This document shows, in pieces, positions 11,620-23,652 of a DNA stretch of 64,000 nt. The notes under the pieces are model-generated. The model searched no databases, was not told where the DNA came from, and worked only from the letters and a program-made list of their open reading frames with translations. Numbering within the stretch: the first letter of the stretch is position 1; every line of letters begins with the position of its first letter. The translations under genes were made by a program, and so were the position numbers. Source of the DNA: Toensbergia leucococca (taxonomy: Eukaryota). The stretch spans positions 1 through 64,000 of the forward strand of contig JALDZS010000013.1 in assembly GCA_022813965.1 (NCBI GenBank), in the 5' to 3' direction.

Positions 11620-12870
11620 TTAAAAGTGGTTTTTTTTTTGTGCAGACTGCTTGATCTGCGAGACTGGTTGGAGAGGTTTAGAATGTTGTTTGCGTTGAAG
11701 TAGCAAAACATGTTTATTTTTTCCATGTTCCCATGTTTTTTCAATGACTTGTTCTAGCATAAGAAAGGTTTCCTTTTTGTGTTTCCAACAAGAATGTCGA
11801 GAGTGTTATTTATCAGGCAAGATTGGATTTTAATTCCCTAGATTAAGCTTGAGGATCTGACGATTTTTATTTTTTTTGTCTATTTCATGGAAGGTTTTTT
11901 TTTTGTTTTTTTTTTGGACATGATGGCGGTGAAGACTTGAGCTGATTGTGCTGTGTAATTTTGAACCGCTTTCCTCTCTTCTTGAGTTTTTGGCATCTGC
12001 TTTGACACCCTCCCTCTTTTTTGGTTGCCCCCCCCCTTGCCTGTGTCTTGTGCAACTTTTTTTTGTTTTCTTACAACGCTCTTTTCCTCATGTGGGCGTT
12101 TTTGTTTTTTTTGGGGTACTGAGATAGGTTTAATGCATACTTTTTTTTCTTATCTTGAGAGATGAGGAGAGAGAGAGAGGAAGAGAGAGAGAGAGAGAGA
12201 GAAAGAGGTAGAGAGATCCGACTGAGTATGAATCGACATCAGGATTCAATGTGTGAGGTTTTTTTGGGGGGGACTGAGGTGGTTTGGTTTTGGGCAGTTT
12301 GAGATGTGTGGACGATTGGGTTTTTTTTGAGGGGGGGGGGGTTGAAAAAGCGTGGGGGGTTGGGGGGGAGATTGTTTGAGGAGCTGGGTCAGGGGTGAGA
12401 GGGGAAGGGGATGTGGGGGTGTGGCTGGCTGGGTGGCCTCGTGCCATGGTTTTTGGGGGTCGGAAGGAGGGAGGGGGTTGAGTGATTGGGATGGTTTTGG
12501 TTTTTTTTTTGGTGTGGGGTGGATGTGAGGGGGTGGATTGGGCGGATGGATTGAGTTGTTGGGTATTGTTGGGGAGGAGGAGGTGGTGTTGGGAGATGGG
12601 TTTGGTTTTTATCGTTTTTTTGGTTGGGCAGGGCTGGGTTATTGGACGGATGGAGGGAGATTTGAGACTTTTGTTTGTTTTGAGGATTTTTTGAGGGGGT
12701 TTTGAGGATGGGAGTGCAATGTTAAAGAGACCTGCGAGTGTGAGTGTTTTGTTTGGAGTTCGTGGTGTTGAGGGGGAGAGGGAGGGAGTTTGAAGGGTGT
12801 GGGCAAGGTTAGTGGACTTTTTGGTTTTTTGGTCTTGTTTGTTTGGGACTGAGTAGATTGTTGTGTGTAT
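11620..12870. repeat. G/T-rich low-complexity tract with poly-T, poly-G and a (GA)n microsatellite near 12168-12212
   Basis: Visible homopolymer and dinucleotide runs; ORFs here are compositional artefacts. Confidence 0.85.
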
Positions 12871-15079
12871 ATACCCGGACTAGGACGCTGACAGTTGCGT
12901 GTGTAAGGTTCTCAACTGAGAGGCATGTACCGGTGTCTTTGACCTGATGGTGAACAAGTCATTGTCCTGATGTCTGAGATTGACTGATTGATAGGTTTCC
13001 TCATACTCGTACGTTCCTATACCTTTGATATTATTGTTAGAATGAGGGTTTTGCACATCTTCAAATCAAACACACTTTTTGAAAATGCTTAATGACGTTC
13101 AAGATGTGTTGGAAAAGACCCTACCGTAATGAGGGCGGTGACATTGGCTCAGGCCTGATGAAGTCGGGTACTTGATTTTTGATAGAGAGGCGCGCTGCTG
13201 CGAATGGCGCCCGAGAAGAGGCGCAGATGTTGGGAATTGGGTGATCCTTATGGTGCAACATGCAGTTGCTGCATTCGTGAAGGCAATTGGTCAATTTCAT
13301 AATCGTTAATTGCGGCGGAGTAGCGTTTTTTGCTAGGATAAATAGAGGGTCTTGAAAACCCATGGTAGTAATCAATGGATTCGCAGAATTTGGAAAGGGG
13401 GTTTGTCAGACTTTCCATCCTCGAAGCGCGATTTCATGAAGGTGCAAATAGATCTCATAAGATCGATCAATCTTTAGAATTTGCTCCTATTGACAGATTT
13501 AGTGGGTTCGAGTTGAGACACCCAAACCTGGCAAGAGAGTCTTATGTACTCGAGTTTTAAACGGCCTTTCTTTTGATGCTCGTGTCTCTCAATGTATTGT
13601 AATTTGTTGACGGTATGAGCATCTCTATCAAGCCTCACTAAAATTGTAGAACTTTTGCAAAACAAAGCTTCTCACTGGCTTCCGCTTCACATGTAAGCCC
13701 GACAACTCCATTTCATGCTCACTGGTATTTGTCTAGCAATGAAAGAGACACGCAAGCAATATGGATAGCATCTATACACCCGAAACCGAGTATTAGATAA
13801 TCTACTCGCTTGGAAGAATTAGCAAGGACGGTCTCCTTACAATCGATATTGAAGTTTTGCTCAGTTCCATGAAGCCTGCCTCCCAGCGTGCACTGACCAA
13901 CCTAACTCAATATTGTGGTTACAAAGTAATGCAAGGTATGTTGCTCAAATTACTTAGATGTACCCTTCTCCTGGAATAGAAGAGCTTAAGTGAATCGGAC
14001 TTGGGAGTAAACTTTGTTAGCCTTTGGTACTGAAGCGGATGAAAGGGTTGCAACATTCAGAAGCCCGATGCCAAGTATGTACTAGGCAACCCTTTTTTTA
14101 TCAGTGAACCTGACGTCTCATGACACTTAGCTTGACAGAACCGATATAAGGATAGTGGTTGTAAGAGTATATAACCGGTATCCCAACAGATGTTGGGAAA
14201 TTAGGAATGTAGATGAGGGACCGTACAGCCTGGAAAATGTAAAAGCTTTGGAGGAAGTACCGAGAAAAAAAGTAGGCGTACAATTGGAACTCACTGCTCG
14301 CTAATAGAATATGCTGTATCGGCGGCATTTGCTCATTTGAAGATTGCTAACAACGTCAGAGACATCGCGTATAAGATGAGAGACAACAGATAAAAATTCA
14401 GAATAATTTGTTGCCAACATGTTGAAATCGATATTCGCGTCTCATGATAAGTAGACGCCCTGTGACTTGGTGCCATGTCACTGAGGCCTTAAATGCATAA
14501 CCAACGAGGCAGAATTGACTTGCCGCAGAGACCGAATAGATGTTCACGGCGGAAACAAAGCTCCAAGTGAGTTGAAACATGAAAGTTGTGCTATACTTCC
14601 TCGAGAATTCGAGGTGAAACGCCTTCTTAAGCCACAGGTGCCAACACAGCCTGTGCGGCGAAGTTGATGTGATGTCTTTAGCGACATATTGTCCAACGCG
14701 TCTGTCAATCGGAGTAGCGCACTTGATACCAACACAGGACATTTGTAGCGTCTTTGATTTTCGTAATAGACAGTGTATTTTCGAGGTGGCTCGAGACCAA
14801 CGTACGTAGACAGGTCATTTTAGACATGAGAGAAGGATATTCAGCCAACGCAAGATACCAGAAGCAACAAAGTCCCTGGTGATCTAGAGACCAGCAGTGA
14901 GGCATAATCTAGCAGGCGAGAGTGTAGTCTTGTCTACTACAGCAAGAGTCATGGATATAACGGATTATCTTCTGTGCACTTAGTATAAGAAGCCACGGGC
15001 TGCTGCCCCACAATCTGACAGTATTCAGTCATTCAATTGGAACCAAGATTTACCCTTTCCAAATTGGCTCCGATCGGAA

Positions 15080-16491
15080 ATGCGTCTAATTCGTTCAATC
15101 CTCCTTGTTACTGTCACAAGTTACGGTTTCCACGCTGGCGTGGTCAGTAAATCTGTGCCGACTGAAGGACTTTCTACCCAGAGAGATAGGTGCCATGGTG
15201 CGAGCTGCTCCGGTAAATCTTCGTTTCCTAGGTCTTGAGTCCCAGTCATCTAAGGATAGCGACCAAGAAGGGCTATTTTGAAGGAACCGACTTGATAGTG
15301 CATGCTACTCAGATGAGACAAGCATAGAGTTCGCTGTGCCCTATTCCCCAGTTCAAAGATCTTGAGCACCTTTGGCTGAACAGCAGCACTGATGACAATG
15401 AGCTAACTCGAAATGCAATAGCATTGTATTTTACATCCAAGACCCATCGCAGAGCAGAAGCGATCGAATTAAGAACCAGCAAACGTGAAGATGATCCTGT
15501 GGCCGAGTCTGGAGAGCCAGCGAGCAATGCCGATCCAAAGAAGCCAGGGAACGTGTCTCGTAGTGATTCTGCTTCAGTGGTTCCGCGTACGGATGCCACC
15601 TCGCCGGAACTGACAGCGTTGGGAAATGACGATGAAGGCAATAACCCGGATGTGGGAGATGATGGAAGTGGTGAAGACGATCTGCAGGATCCTATCAATC
15701 CCGTGACTTTTCCCGCCATAGTCACAATCCCTGGAGGCCATGACCATAATCAAGTACTATCTTGGCCCGATTATCAGGCAAATGGCCTTGCAAAAATAGC
15801 CAAATTAAACGACGCCATTACTCGTAATTTGCCAGATGTCATAAAACCTTCATGGAAAAATAACTACGAGGAAGAGCCAGTCGGGGGAGAGTTGAAAGAG
15901 CCCGTGAGCCAGAGCTCGGGCTCCCAGGAAAAGGACCCATTCAAGGACCCGGCGATCAGTCTCAACATTAGTCAGAATTGGGTCCAATTGACAATGTATG
16001 ATCCGAATTTTCAACGGAATGACAAGTCAACGTTCAAAAAGATCGTGACCCAGAACAGCTACTCCAAGACGCAGAAAGCTATTATCGTTCAAGGCAGTTA
16101 TTCAGCAAATGACCAAAATAAAGGAGCACACCGATTATATTGGTCTGATCTGACTTTTCAGCGATGGAAAGAAGTAGCAGGTGATGACGTGAAGGAATTG
16201 AGATTCGTGGCGAGGACACATATCATAAATCAAGGCACAATAGCAGTGGTCAAACAGGCCTACGAGGAGGTAGGAATTGGCCGCACGATTCATCACGCAT
16301 TTAGTCCGTCTGCAAGCAATGAGAAGGAGAAGTGGGCTTACTTCGCGTTATCTGGAACGGACCAGGTCAAAGGCATCTTCAACATGCTTGCAGACCATCA
16401 TCAAGCGTTTGGAAATTTGACAGTCGTCAAAATCCATGTCTTCCCGGTCAACGGTCCCTCTAGCACGATGTTCATTGAAACAGGGCGGTAG
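15080..16491 (+). CDS. Putative secreted protein of unknown function with one in-frame TAG at 15325-15327; exons 15080-15212, 15260-16491
   Basis: Signal-peptide-like MRLIRSILLVTVTSYGFHAGVVS. Intron GTAAAT...CTAAG-GATAG at 15213-15259 puts exon 1 in frame with the 15424 ORF. Kex2-like SKR|EDD site. C-terminal domain LYWSDL...W...IINQGT...FALSGT...MLADHH. Confidence 0.6.
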
Positions 16492-17055
16492 GGATAGCAA
16501 GAGCAGACGGCTACCAGCTTGACGCTGAAGTCCAACATGCTGCTGCTGGCGTTGTTGTGGTCTTTGTATCTTCCCTACGATAGATTCTGCTCTGCTTTTG
16601 GTGATAACATAGTGTTAGATTAGCATATTTTGCTCTCATGTTTCCACGTTGCAGGTTGAAATGCGCGTACAGCACCGTTGGTTGCGGCACAACAGGTAGA
16701 GATAGGGTATTATAGTCGGGAAGTTGGAGTTAATTCACAATTATTCGCAGAAGACAAGAATTGTCTGGTCTAGTTGTTGTTTCAAGTACCTTATGAATTC
16801 TCTGTACCGATATTCTAGAATTAATCCTAGAATAATCTAATAAATTACTCGGCAGAGTGCGGCACAGGCTCACAGCCGGCAAACTCAATTCTAGATTGAA
16901 CGCCTCACCACCAACACCATGACCACAGCTACTTTATGGTAATCACCACTACTGCTGTTGCTACTGCTACTTAATACCATCTCTTCCCTCACTTCCCATC
17001 TGCCTTGACGACTTCTCGTCTTTCAAGGCTTTCTTGTTTCTTTTCCTGCTTCCCG

Positions 17056-18619
17056 ATGAACCTCTTAGACCTTCCTCCAGAACTCCTACACGCGGTTGTG
17101 AAGCAAACAGTAATCACCTTGGGCCGTTGGTCACTGTTGATTCATGTAAGGCTGGTCTGCAGTAAGTCGTCATGTCTCCAGCATGCTGCGACGCTGACTG
17201 GTCTTGAATAGAGCGAGTCAACAATGAAGTCCTCCGCGCCGCTTTTACCCTGTGGCACACGCAGATGTTAATCGAAGACTGGCAAGATGTGGCATTTTGA
17301 TGGCAAGAACCTTGGCCGATTCAACAAACACAAATCCTCTTTACCATGCAATCCGCCGAACAGTGGACAGACTACTGGACGAACACCAACATCCGTCTCA
17401 TCAAGTACGTCTTGACTATACTCACCATCTCTGTACCGCGGCCGTGGCGCACATGAACTATCCACGATTGGAAGATTATGTCAACGACCGCTGGGGAGGA
17501 AACGGTTACCTAGAAGGGCAATCTGAGCACCTGCTGACAGCAGTAGCATACGTCGGCGACGTCTCACTGCTTAAAAAGCTGCTTAACCAAGGCACCAGCA
17601 TCCATGATAAAAGTGAATATTTTGGTACACCGCTACAGGTTGCAGCAAGTCGAGGTCACTACGACATTGTGCTACTGCTTCTCGAGGAGGGCGCTGATGC
17701 CAATTACGGAGAAGGGCCTCGTGCTATTGATCGCGAACGGGAAGCAAAATATATAGACTTATTGTATCACCTTGGTACTCCACTGCAAGCAGCATCAGCA
17801 GCAGGTCATGAAAACATTGTTAAATTGCTGCTCATGTCAGAATATAAAGTGACCACTTCAACATTGATCTTTGAAAAAGCTATATATCAGGCAGCGAGCC
17901 ATGGTCATTTGCATCTCACCCAGTTTCTGATGGAGAAAGCCACCATCACGCCATCCTCGGATGTTTGGAAGCTCGTCCTTTTGGAGGCTTGCCAACACGG
18001 TCATGAAGAGATAGCACGAATGATGCTTGATAAAGGAATTAGTGCGAACACTGAGGACGGCCCTTGGAGGTATTTGCTCTCAATCGCCGCCTCTCAAGGT
18101 CGTCATGGAATTGTAAAACTACTACTATCAAGAGGAGCGGACAGGGATGACTGGAGATACAACCAGGCACTTTTTCTAGCTGCCAAGCATGGATTCCAGC
18201 ATGTCGCACAAACCTTACTCGACGACGGTGCCTATGTGAACGGGTTTCGTGGAACAAGGGACGGACTGTTCATTACTTCTATATGTGGTGCCGCCGGAGA
18301 TGGCCAGGCGCATATGATTGACTTTTTCTTGGACAGAGGAGCGGACTTGAGTGAGGGTGGAGTCGGCGAAACAGCGCTGCGCGCCGCTGGCGGAGGAGGA
18401 TTTGAGTCTGTTGTGCGCATCCTGCTTGAACGTGGAGCAGATGTGCACTGGACTGACGAGCGGAGTAACCCCATGATTAACGCCTTGAGAGACGGGTATG
18501 ACGGCGTGGTCGACTTATTGCTTGAATTCGGAGCTGAGAGGATTGATCCGCTACAAAGCGTCTACGCCGCCGATTTCGCCAGCGGGAAGTATCCAGATCG
18601 ATTGTCCAGTAAGATTTGA
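17056..18619 (+). CDS. Ankyrin-repeat protein with N-terminal F-box-like motif; apparent 1-nt frameshift near 17245-17252
   Basis: Exon 1 reads MNLLDLPPELL...VRLVC; intron at 17162-17211. Many ANK repeats (GTPLQVAASRGH, GTPLQAASAAGH, TALRAAGGGG). The spliced frame is 1 nt off the long ORF. Confidence 0.8.
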
Positions 18620-19619
18620 GAATATGTATTTCACCAATTACTACGTGCATACTGGAATTTTGTCTACTGAGACAAGCCGCTTTTGGACCACTTACTGCTC
18701 ACACTCAATCAATCCCTCGACTCGTCAAGATATCCATGTGTTGATCAAACTAATTATTATGGTCTGGGTAGCAAATCATCGTCATGTGCACTTTCAAATT
18801 AACATTCACACTTCTATCAAGACTGTATTACATTTCATGCTCAATTATTTCCGTATTCCCCTCTCAGGGCTACACCTCCAATCCTTCTCTTCTTCATACT
18901 TTAGATCTGACCCTTGATTTTGTAACACGCATAACTCTTCATCTCACAAAACATCTCACTTTAATCAGTGTGCAGGGTGACAAATTTTATCAGAGTCAAA
19001 AGTGAGGAAGAAGCGCATCACTACCTAGAGACTCCTCGTGAGAGGGGGTAAATGGTACACGATACCGGTCCAAATGCTGGTCAAACTAAGGTGCGACCAG
19101 AGGAATGACTATGAGGGTGTACGCTTTGACTGAGAAGGGGAGTGGCGATTTGAGCGCTCGGTTCTGCGCATTTGAGGGACGGATCTTAAAATCAAAAAGG
19201 GTCTTTTTCCATATGTGAGTGATGTGAGCGGGCTGCTATTGAATAGATGAAGAAATTGGGTGCTTCGGCAGACAGAGAGACCTTGTGAGACAGAACTTGT
19301 CAAGGACGCAGAAGAAAAGACGGGAGCTTCGTGAATGAAAGGAATTGGTTTAGCTCTGGAGCATTGACTTGTGCGACCGGATTTTTAACAGTTGATTGCT
19401 TGGTAACTTTTTATGTTTTGTCTATCAAATTTTTGTAAGGGCTCAGCGCGTCGAGTATGAAGTACTAGATAGTCACTGGAATACGACTATCGGCGTTCTG
19501 TGAAATCAAGCCTCCAGCTCAGGACTTAACAATAGAATTGAACAAATTGACCTTAACCACACATTGCATGTACTCAGCTCGAATCTCCCCAAAACACGCT
19601 TGCCCAGCCCTCTCAACCG

Positions 19620-19860
19620 GGGGGGTAAGGAGGAAGGAGATGCAGGCGCGGATTGTGGTGGGGCTAGGGTTTTGAGTTTTGGGAGGGGGTGGAAGCGGGT
19701 GTGGGTGAAGGGGCTGAGGAGGGAGAGGGGTGGGGGTGTGGGGGGTGGGGGTTTGGTCTGCCTTATTTTTGAGTTTGATAGGTTGGGGTGGGGGGGGGGA
19801 GTGGGGTGAGAAGGGAATTTGAAGGGGATGAGTGCTTTTGTGTGTGTGTTTGCTGTAATG
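19620..19860. repeat. G-rich low-complexity tract
   Basis: Multiple G5-G9 runs and (GT)n between convergent genes. Confidence 0.75.
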
Positions 19861-20052
19861 TTACTGATCCATTGGATTTCCCCTTTTCTTTTTATTGTTT
19901 GGAGACTTCAATTCAAGGGATACTGTTGACGGGGACGTAAAAAAACGGGCCTCTGAATATTATGAAAAGATGAGATATGGATTTCAGAGATTCTCATTCA
20001 TATGGGCTCTCGATATCTTCATCCCTAAAAAGCACCAACAAAAGCATCACAA

Positions 20053-21252
20053 TCAATAAAAAGCAAACGGACACCCCTTAGCCGCACTCTCCGCATACGT
20101 CTTCTCGCGCACAACGTCCCTCGTAAGCCGCATCAGCTGCTCCCCCAACTCGGCATCATTCGCCATGGCGCTCCCCTGCTCCAACACAGCCGGCGGACAC
20201 ACATACTGGCCGGTCTTCTCAATCGCCGTAGCCGCAAACATGGTACTCACACAGCCCATGAAAATGTCTTTTTTGAACGGCCTCATGGCCACGCTCATCG
20301 CATACCCCCCCAGCGGATAGGGCTCGTGGATATCTTCGTTCGACATCTTCGTGTCGACGAAGCCCGGGTGCGTGGCGTTGACGAGGATGTTCGGATGCGT
20401 GGAGGTGAGGTGGGTGGCCATGTAGCGGGAGTAGAGGATAGCAGCTAATTTTGAGCGGCCGTATTGGCCGTTTGGGCCGAGGTCTTGGTTGAGTTCATCG
20501 AGAGAGGCGAATTTGGTGGAGGAGGGGGTGGCTTGGTGGGCGTTGGAGGCTTGGTTGACGATGCGGATGGTGGTTTTGTGGGTTTCGGCCGTTTTTTTCA
20601 TCAGGGGGAGCAGGTGCGAGGTTAGGGTTACGGGGGCCATGTGGTTGAGGGCCATGTGCCTGTCTACGCCCGAGAGGGTTAGTTGGTAGGACATAATGCC
20701 GCGGGCGGCGTTGTTGATGAGGATGTCGATGCGGTCGGTTGAGTCTGTGATCTTTTTGGCGATGGCGGCTGTTTGGGACCAGTCGCTGAGGTCGCATTCG
20801 AGCCAGGTTACTTTTTTGGCGGCGTCCGGGCCGAGTTCTTCGCTGATGGCAGCCAGTGCACCGTCAACGACTTCTTTGGAGACGGAGATGATGAAGAGCT
20901 TGGAGATGTTGTGCGAGAGGAGGGAGTGGGTGCAGCCGTAGCCGATGCCTTCAGAGCCGCCGGTTACTATTGCTACTTTCCCTTCTAGATTGGGTATTTG
21001 TTCGAGGGAGAACTGGTCATTTTCTGAGACTGCTTTGTGGCTGGCTCCGCCAAAGTTTTCGGCGATTGTGGATTTGATGGCGTCCATGACTGGGGCTGTT
21101 ATTGATCCCTTGGTGCTTTGGCTATATCGTCTTGATTGAGTTAGAGCAATTGCTGGTTTTTGAAGTCTCAATATGTGTCTGTTCTGGGAATTGAGAGTCC
21201 TACTGATGCTGGTAACTCTGATGATTCTTGACAATTTCATCGCACCCAACAT
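20053..21252 (-). CDS. bli-4: Short-chain dehydrogenase/reductase (retinol-DH-like), Neurospora bli-4-like, with probable mitochondrial presequence
   Basis: Motifs VTGGSEGIG, ILINNAARG, YGRSK, NATHPGFVDT, DIHEPYP and C-terminal AKGCP. The N-terminus is Arg/Ser-rich with no acidic residues. Confidence 0.85.
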   Translation of the reverse strand: MLGAMKLSRIIRVTSISRTLNSQNRHILRLQKPAIALTQSRRYSQSTKGSITAPVMDAIKSTIAENFGGASHKAVSENDQFSLEQIPNLEGKVAIVTGGSEGIGYGCTHSLLSHNISKLFIISVSKEVVDGALAAISEELGPDAAKKVTWLECDLSDWSQTAAIAKKITDSTDRIDILINNAARGIMSYQLTLSGVDRHMALNHMAPVTLTSHLLPLMKKTAETHKTTIRIVNQASNAHQATPSSTKFASLDELNQDLGPNGQYGRSKLAAILYSRYMATHLTSTHPNILVNATHPGFVDTKMSNEDIHEPYPLGGYAMSVAMRPFKKDIFMGCVSTMFAATAIEKTGQYVCPPAVLEQGSAMANDAELGEQLMRLTRDVVREKTYAESAAKGCPFAFY

Positions 21253-23652
21253 ATATCATGAAGATTGAAAAGAGTTGTGGAGAGTAGGTACGAAGACCTG
21301 TCGTGAATGGTACTGACGTAATGACCTCACATGTTTCATACACGATTACAACAATGATGAGATCATCAAAAAGCTGAAATCAGTCAAGATTCTTTTTCTT
21401 TTTCTTTTTCTTTTTCTTGCCCGATGTTCCTTGTGGAGCTGACACGTCGAAGAAGGCTGTCGTGCTGGAATCGCATGCTTGTGTACGTAATTATCCGAAG
21501 CTCAAGTAGGTTTCATCCTCGAGAACCATTATTTTGTTGTCCGACAATGTGCTCAAGCACTCTAATCTGCTGCCTTGTACTTCACTCATTGCGCACAACT
21601 CCATCCGAGTGTCATAGATATTATTTTTCGTCCCAGGGTGACCTCGAAGCCTATGATGATTATATATTGGCTGTTGGGGGGAGGGAACGAACGTCTTTGG
21701 CCTTCTTTCTTCTTCTCAGAAGCGTCGATGAATAAATTAAAACCCTTGAAAGTCTGCATAAATGGCGCGCTATGCCAGAATATCACATCAGCCTCACACT
21801 GTGATTGTTTGAGCATCCTGTCCGTTCCAAGTTCGATGGCCTCATGCATGTCTTGAATAGGGCGAGGCTTATTTCATTTCAAGTTGTGAGTAGAATAGGA
21901 GGGTAAGAGTGTGGCAGATGCCGAATCTTTCCAACCAAGCATAAGATGTCTACCGTAGCGAAACGTACATTATACGAAGATAGAGCGTGTTTTGAATGAT
22001 TGCAGTGGCTTGAAGCCCTGTGCGAAAGCCTTTTCATTACAGAATCGAGGAATGGAAACGGTATACCCGCAAAGGAAAGGAGATGAGACCAATGATATTT
22101 TAAAAATCCTCCAATTTTCCCGTTTGATGTCTCTTTGTTTGGACATCACTGCAAATCTCTTGACTCAGCCAAACCTCGTGAATATGCCAGCCCGCATTGC
22201 TAGATTATCCAGGACTGACCCTTCTTGATCAGAAACAAACAGGCTTGTTGTAAACCCGGCCATAGTCCTACAAAGTGGACATGCTGAATTCACTGAATAT
22301 CCGTGTGTGGCTTTTCCTCGCGGACTGTTGAAAATACATCTCGAAAAACCGCAGCAAAGAGCCAAAGAAGAGACAAAACTAATGATTTTGCAACATGTAA
22401 TGATTTTTAACAGGAAGCTTTGAACCCACCTCATTTAGGAAAGGCCTAATTTGAAATGCAGGTGCCTGGTGTAGGCCAGAGTTTTCGGGGCATAGCCTAC
22501 ATAGGTCCAGTGACCAGAATATAACAGTAGAGCCAAACTCGGTGTTGGAATCGAACATCGAGCGAGTTACCCACGAGCCTACATACTCGACGTCCCGAAA
22601 GAGAAGAAATTGACAAATCGATGGTATCAATAGGAAGTTGAATGCGTAAAGTAGAAGACTCAAATTAGGATAGAAAGTAAACTGCCGAAATGGAATGGAA
22701 AGGGGTAACGGCACACCGTTGGCGGAATGTCGGAGTGCCGTTTACTGACGGCTCACGGCAATGCAGTGCCAGCACACATTGCATGCATGCGAATCAAGTC
22801 ATGGGACCTGACTACAAGGATGCCCAGCCGACACATTTCCTCAGTGAGCTCTTCCTTCCCTCTCCAAACACTTCAGGAAGTTAGATATGTAGGATTCAGC
22901 GCTCACGGGAATCCGGGAGAATACAACCGACACATTCTAGACACTGTCAATTTAAAGTAACGGAGAAAATTATTAACTTGAGGTTGAAACGGAGGTGAAA
23001 AGAAGAACAAGCATCTTGCGCTCGGATCGAAGCGCGTCATAGATGCAGAGAGCGAAATGCTCGAAATATACCTACCTTAGTACCTAGTAAGGTGCTGAAC
23101 ATGCAGCAAGGCCAAAACGGAAAGTCGGAGGCAGAGACAGGAGCCTATCAGGATTTGATGGCAGCGATGGTTTTGATGGCGCGGTAGTAGTGCTTGCTAA
23201 AGGCGGGAACCTTGGATGCATGCCGAAGATCATACGACCATGACCGACTCTGTATGGCTGAGACGCCGCCTCTTTTTAACTCTCCTTCTATCGAGTGGTG
23301 TGGGGCCTGTTGACCACTGATTGGCTCAGTCGTGCATCGATAGCTCAATAGCCACATCGACGCTTAAGCAGAGTCCTCGTACTTGACACCGAGCGCAATC
23401 CGCATAAACCTGTACTCAACCACCTACACTCTCCTTCACAGCGACATGATCGAGGACATTCCCTACTTACCCCGCAGGAGCCTGTCTATGCTGTTGCCAT
23501 GCGCCTTCGCAACACCGACAACTTTTTCCAAGCGACAGTGATATCTCCCAGCATCACAGTGCCTACTCAGTTCCAGCTTGTAACGAGAGGCAAAGGGCAT
23601 TGTAGCCGTCCAAGCTTCAACTTCACTTTACTTCCAATGCGCTCTTTATGAC

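Noticed and set aside
12130..12694. Pro-rich and Gly/Val-rich ORFs
   Set aside because: Artefacts of the G/T low-complexity tract.
13050..14900. Possible degenerate gene or Starship captain relic
   Set aside because: The frames I translated gave no coherent reading or tyrosine-recombinase motif.
21420..22960. Chain of short ORFs upstream of the SDR gene
   Set aside because: No consistent frame or family motif; may be an old relic but this is unsupported.
23231..23241. CATACGACCAT resembling the 5' end of 5S rRNA
   Set aside because: The match stops after 11 nt, with no downstream 5S sequence.
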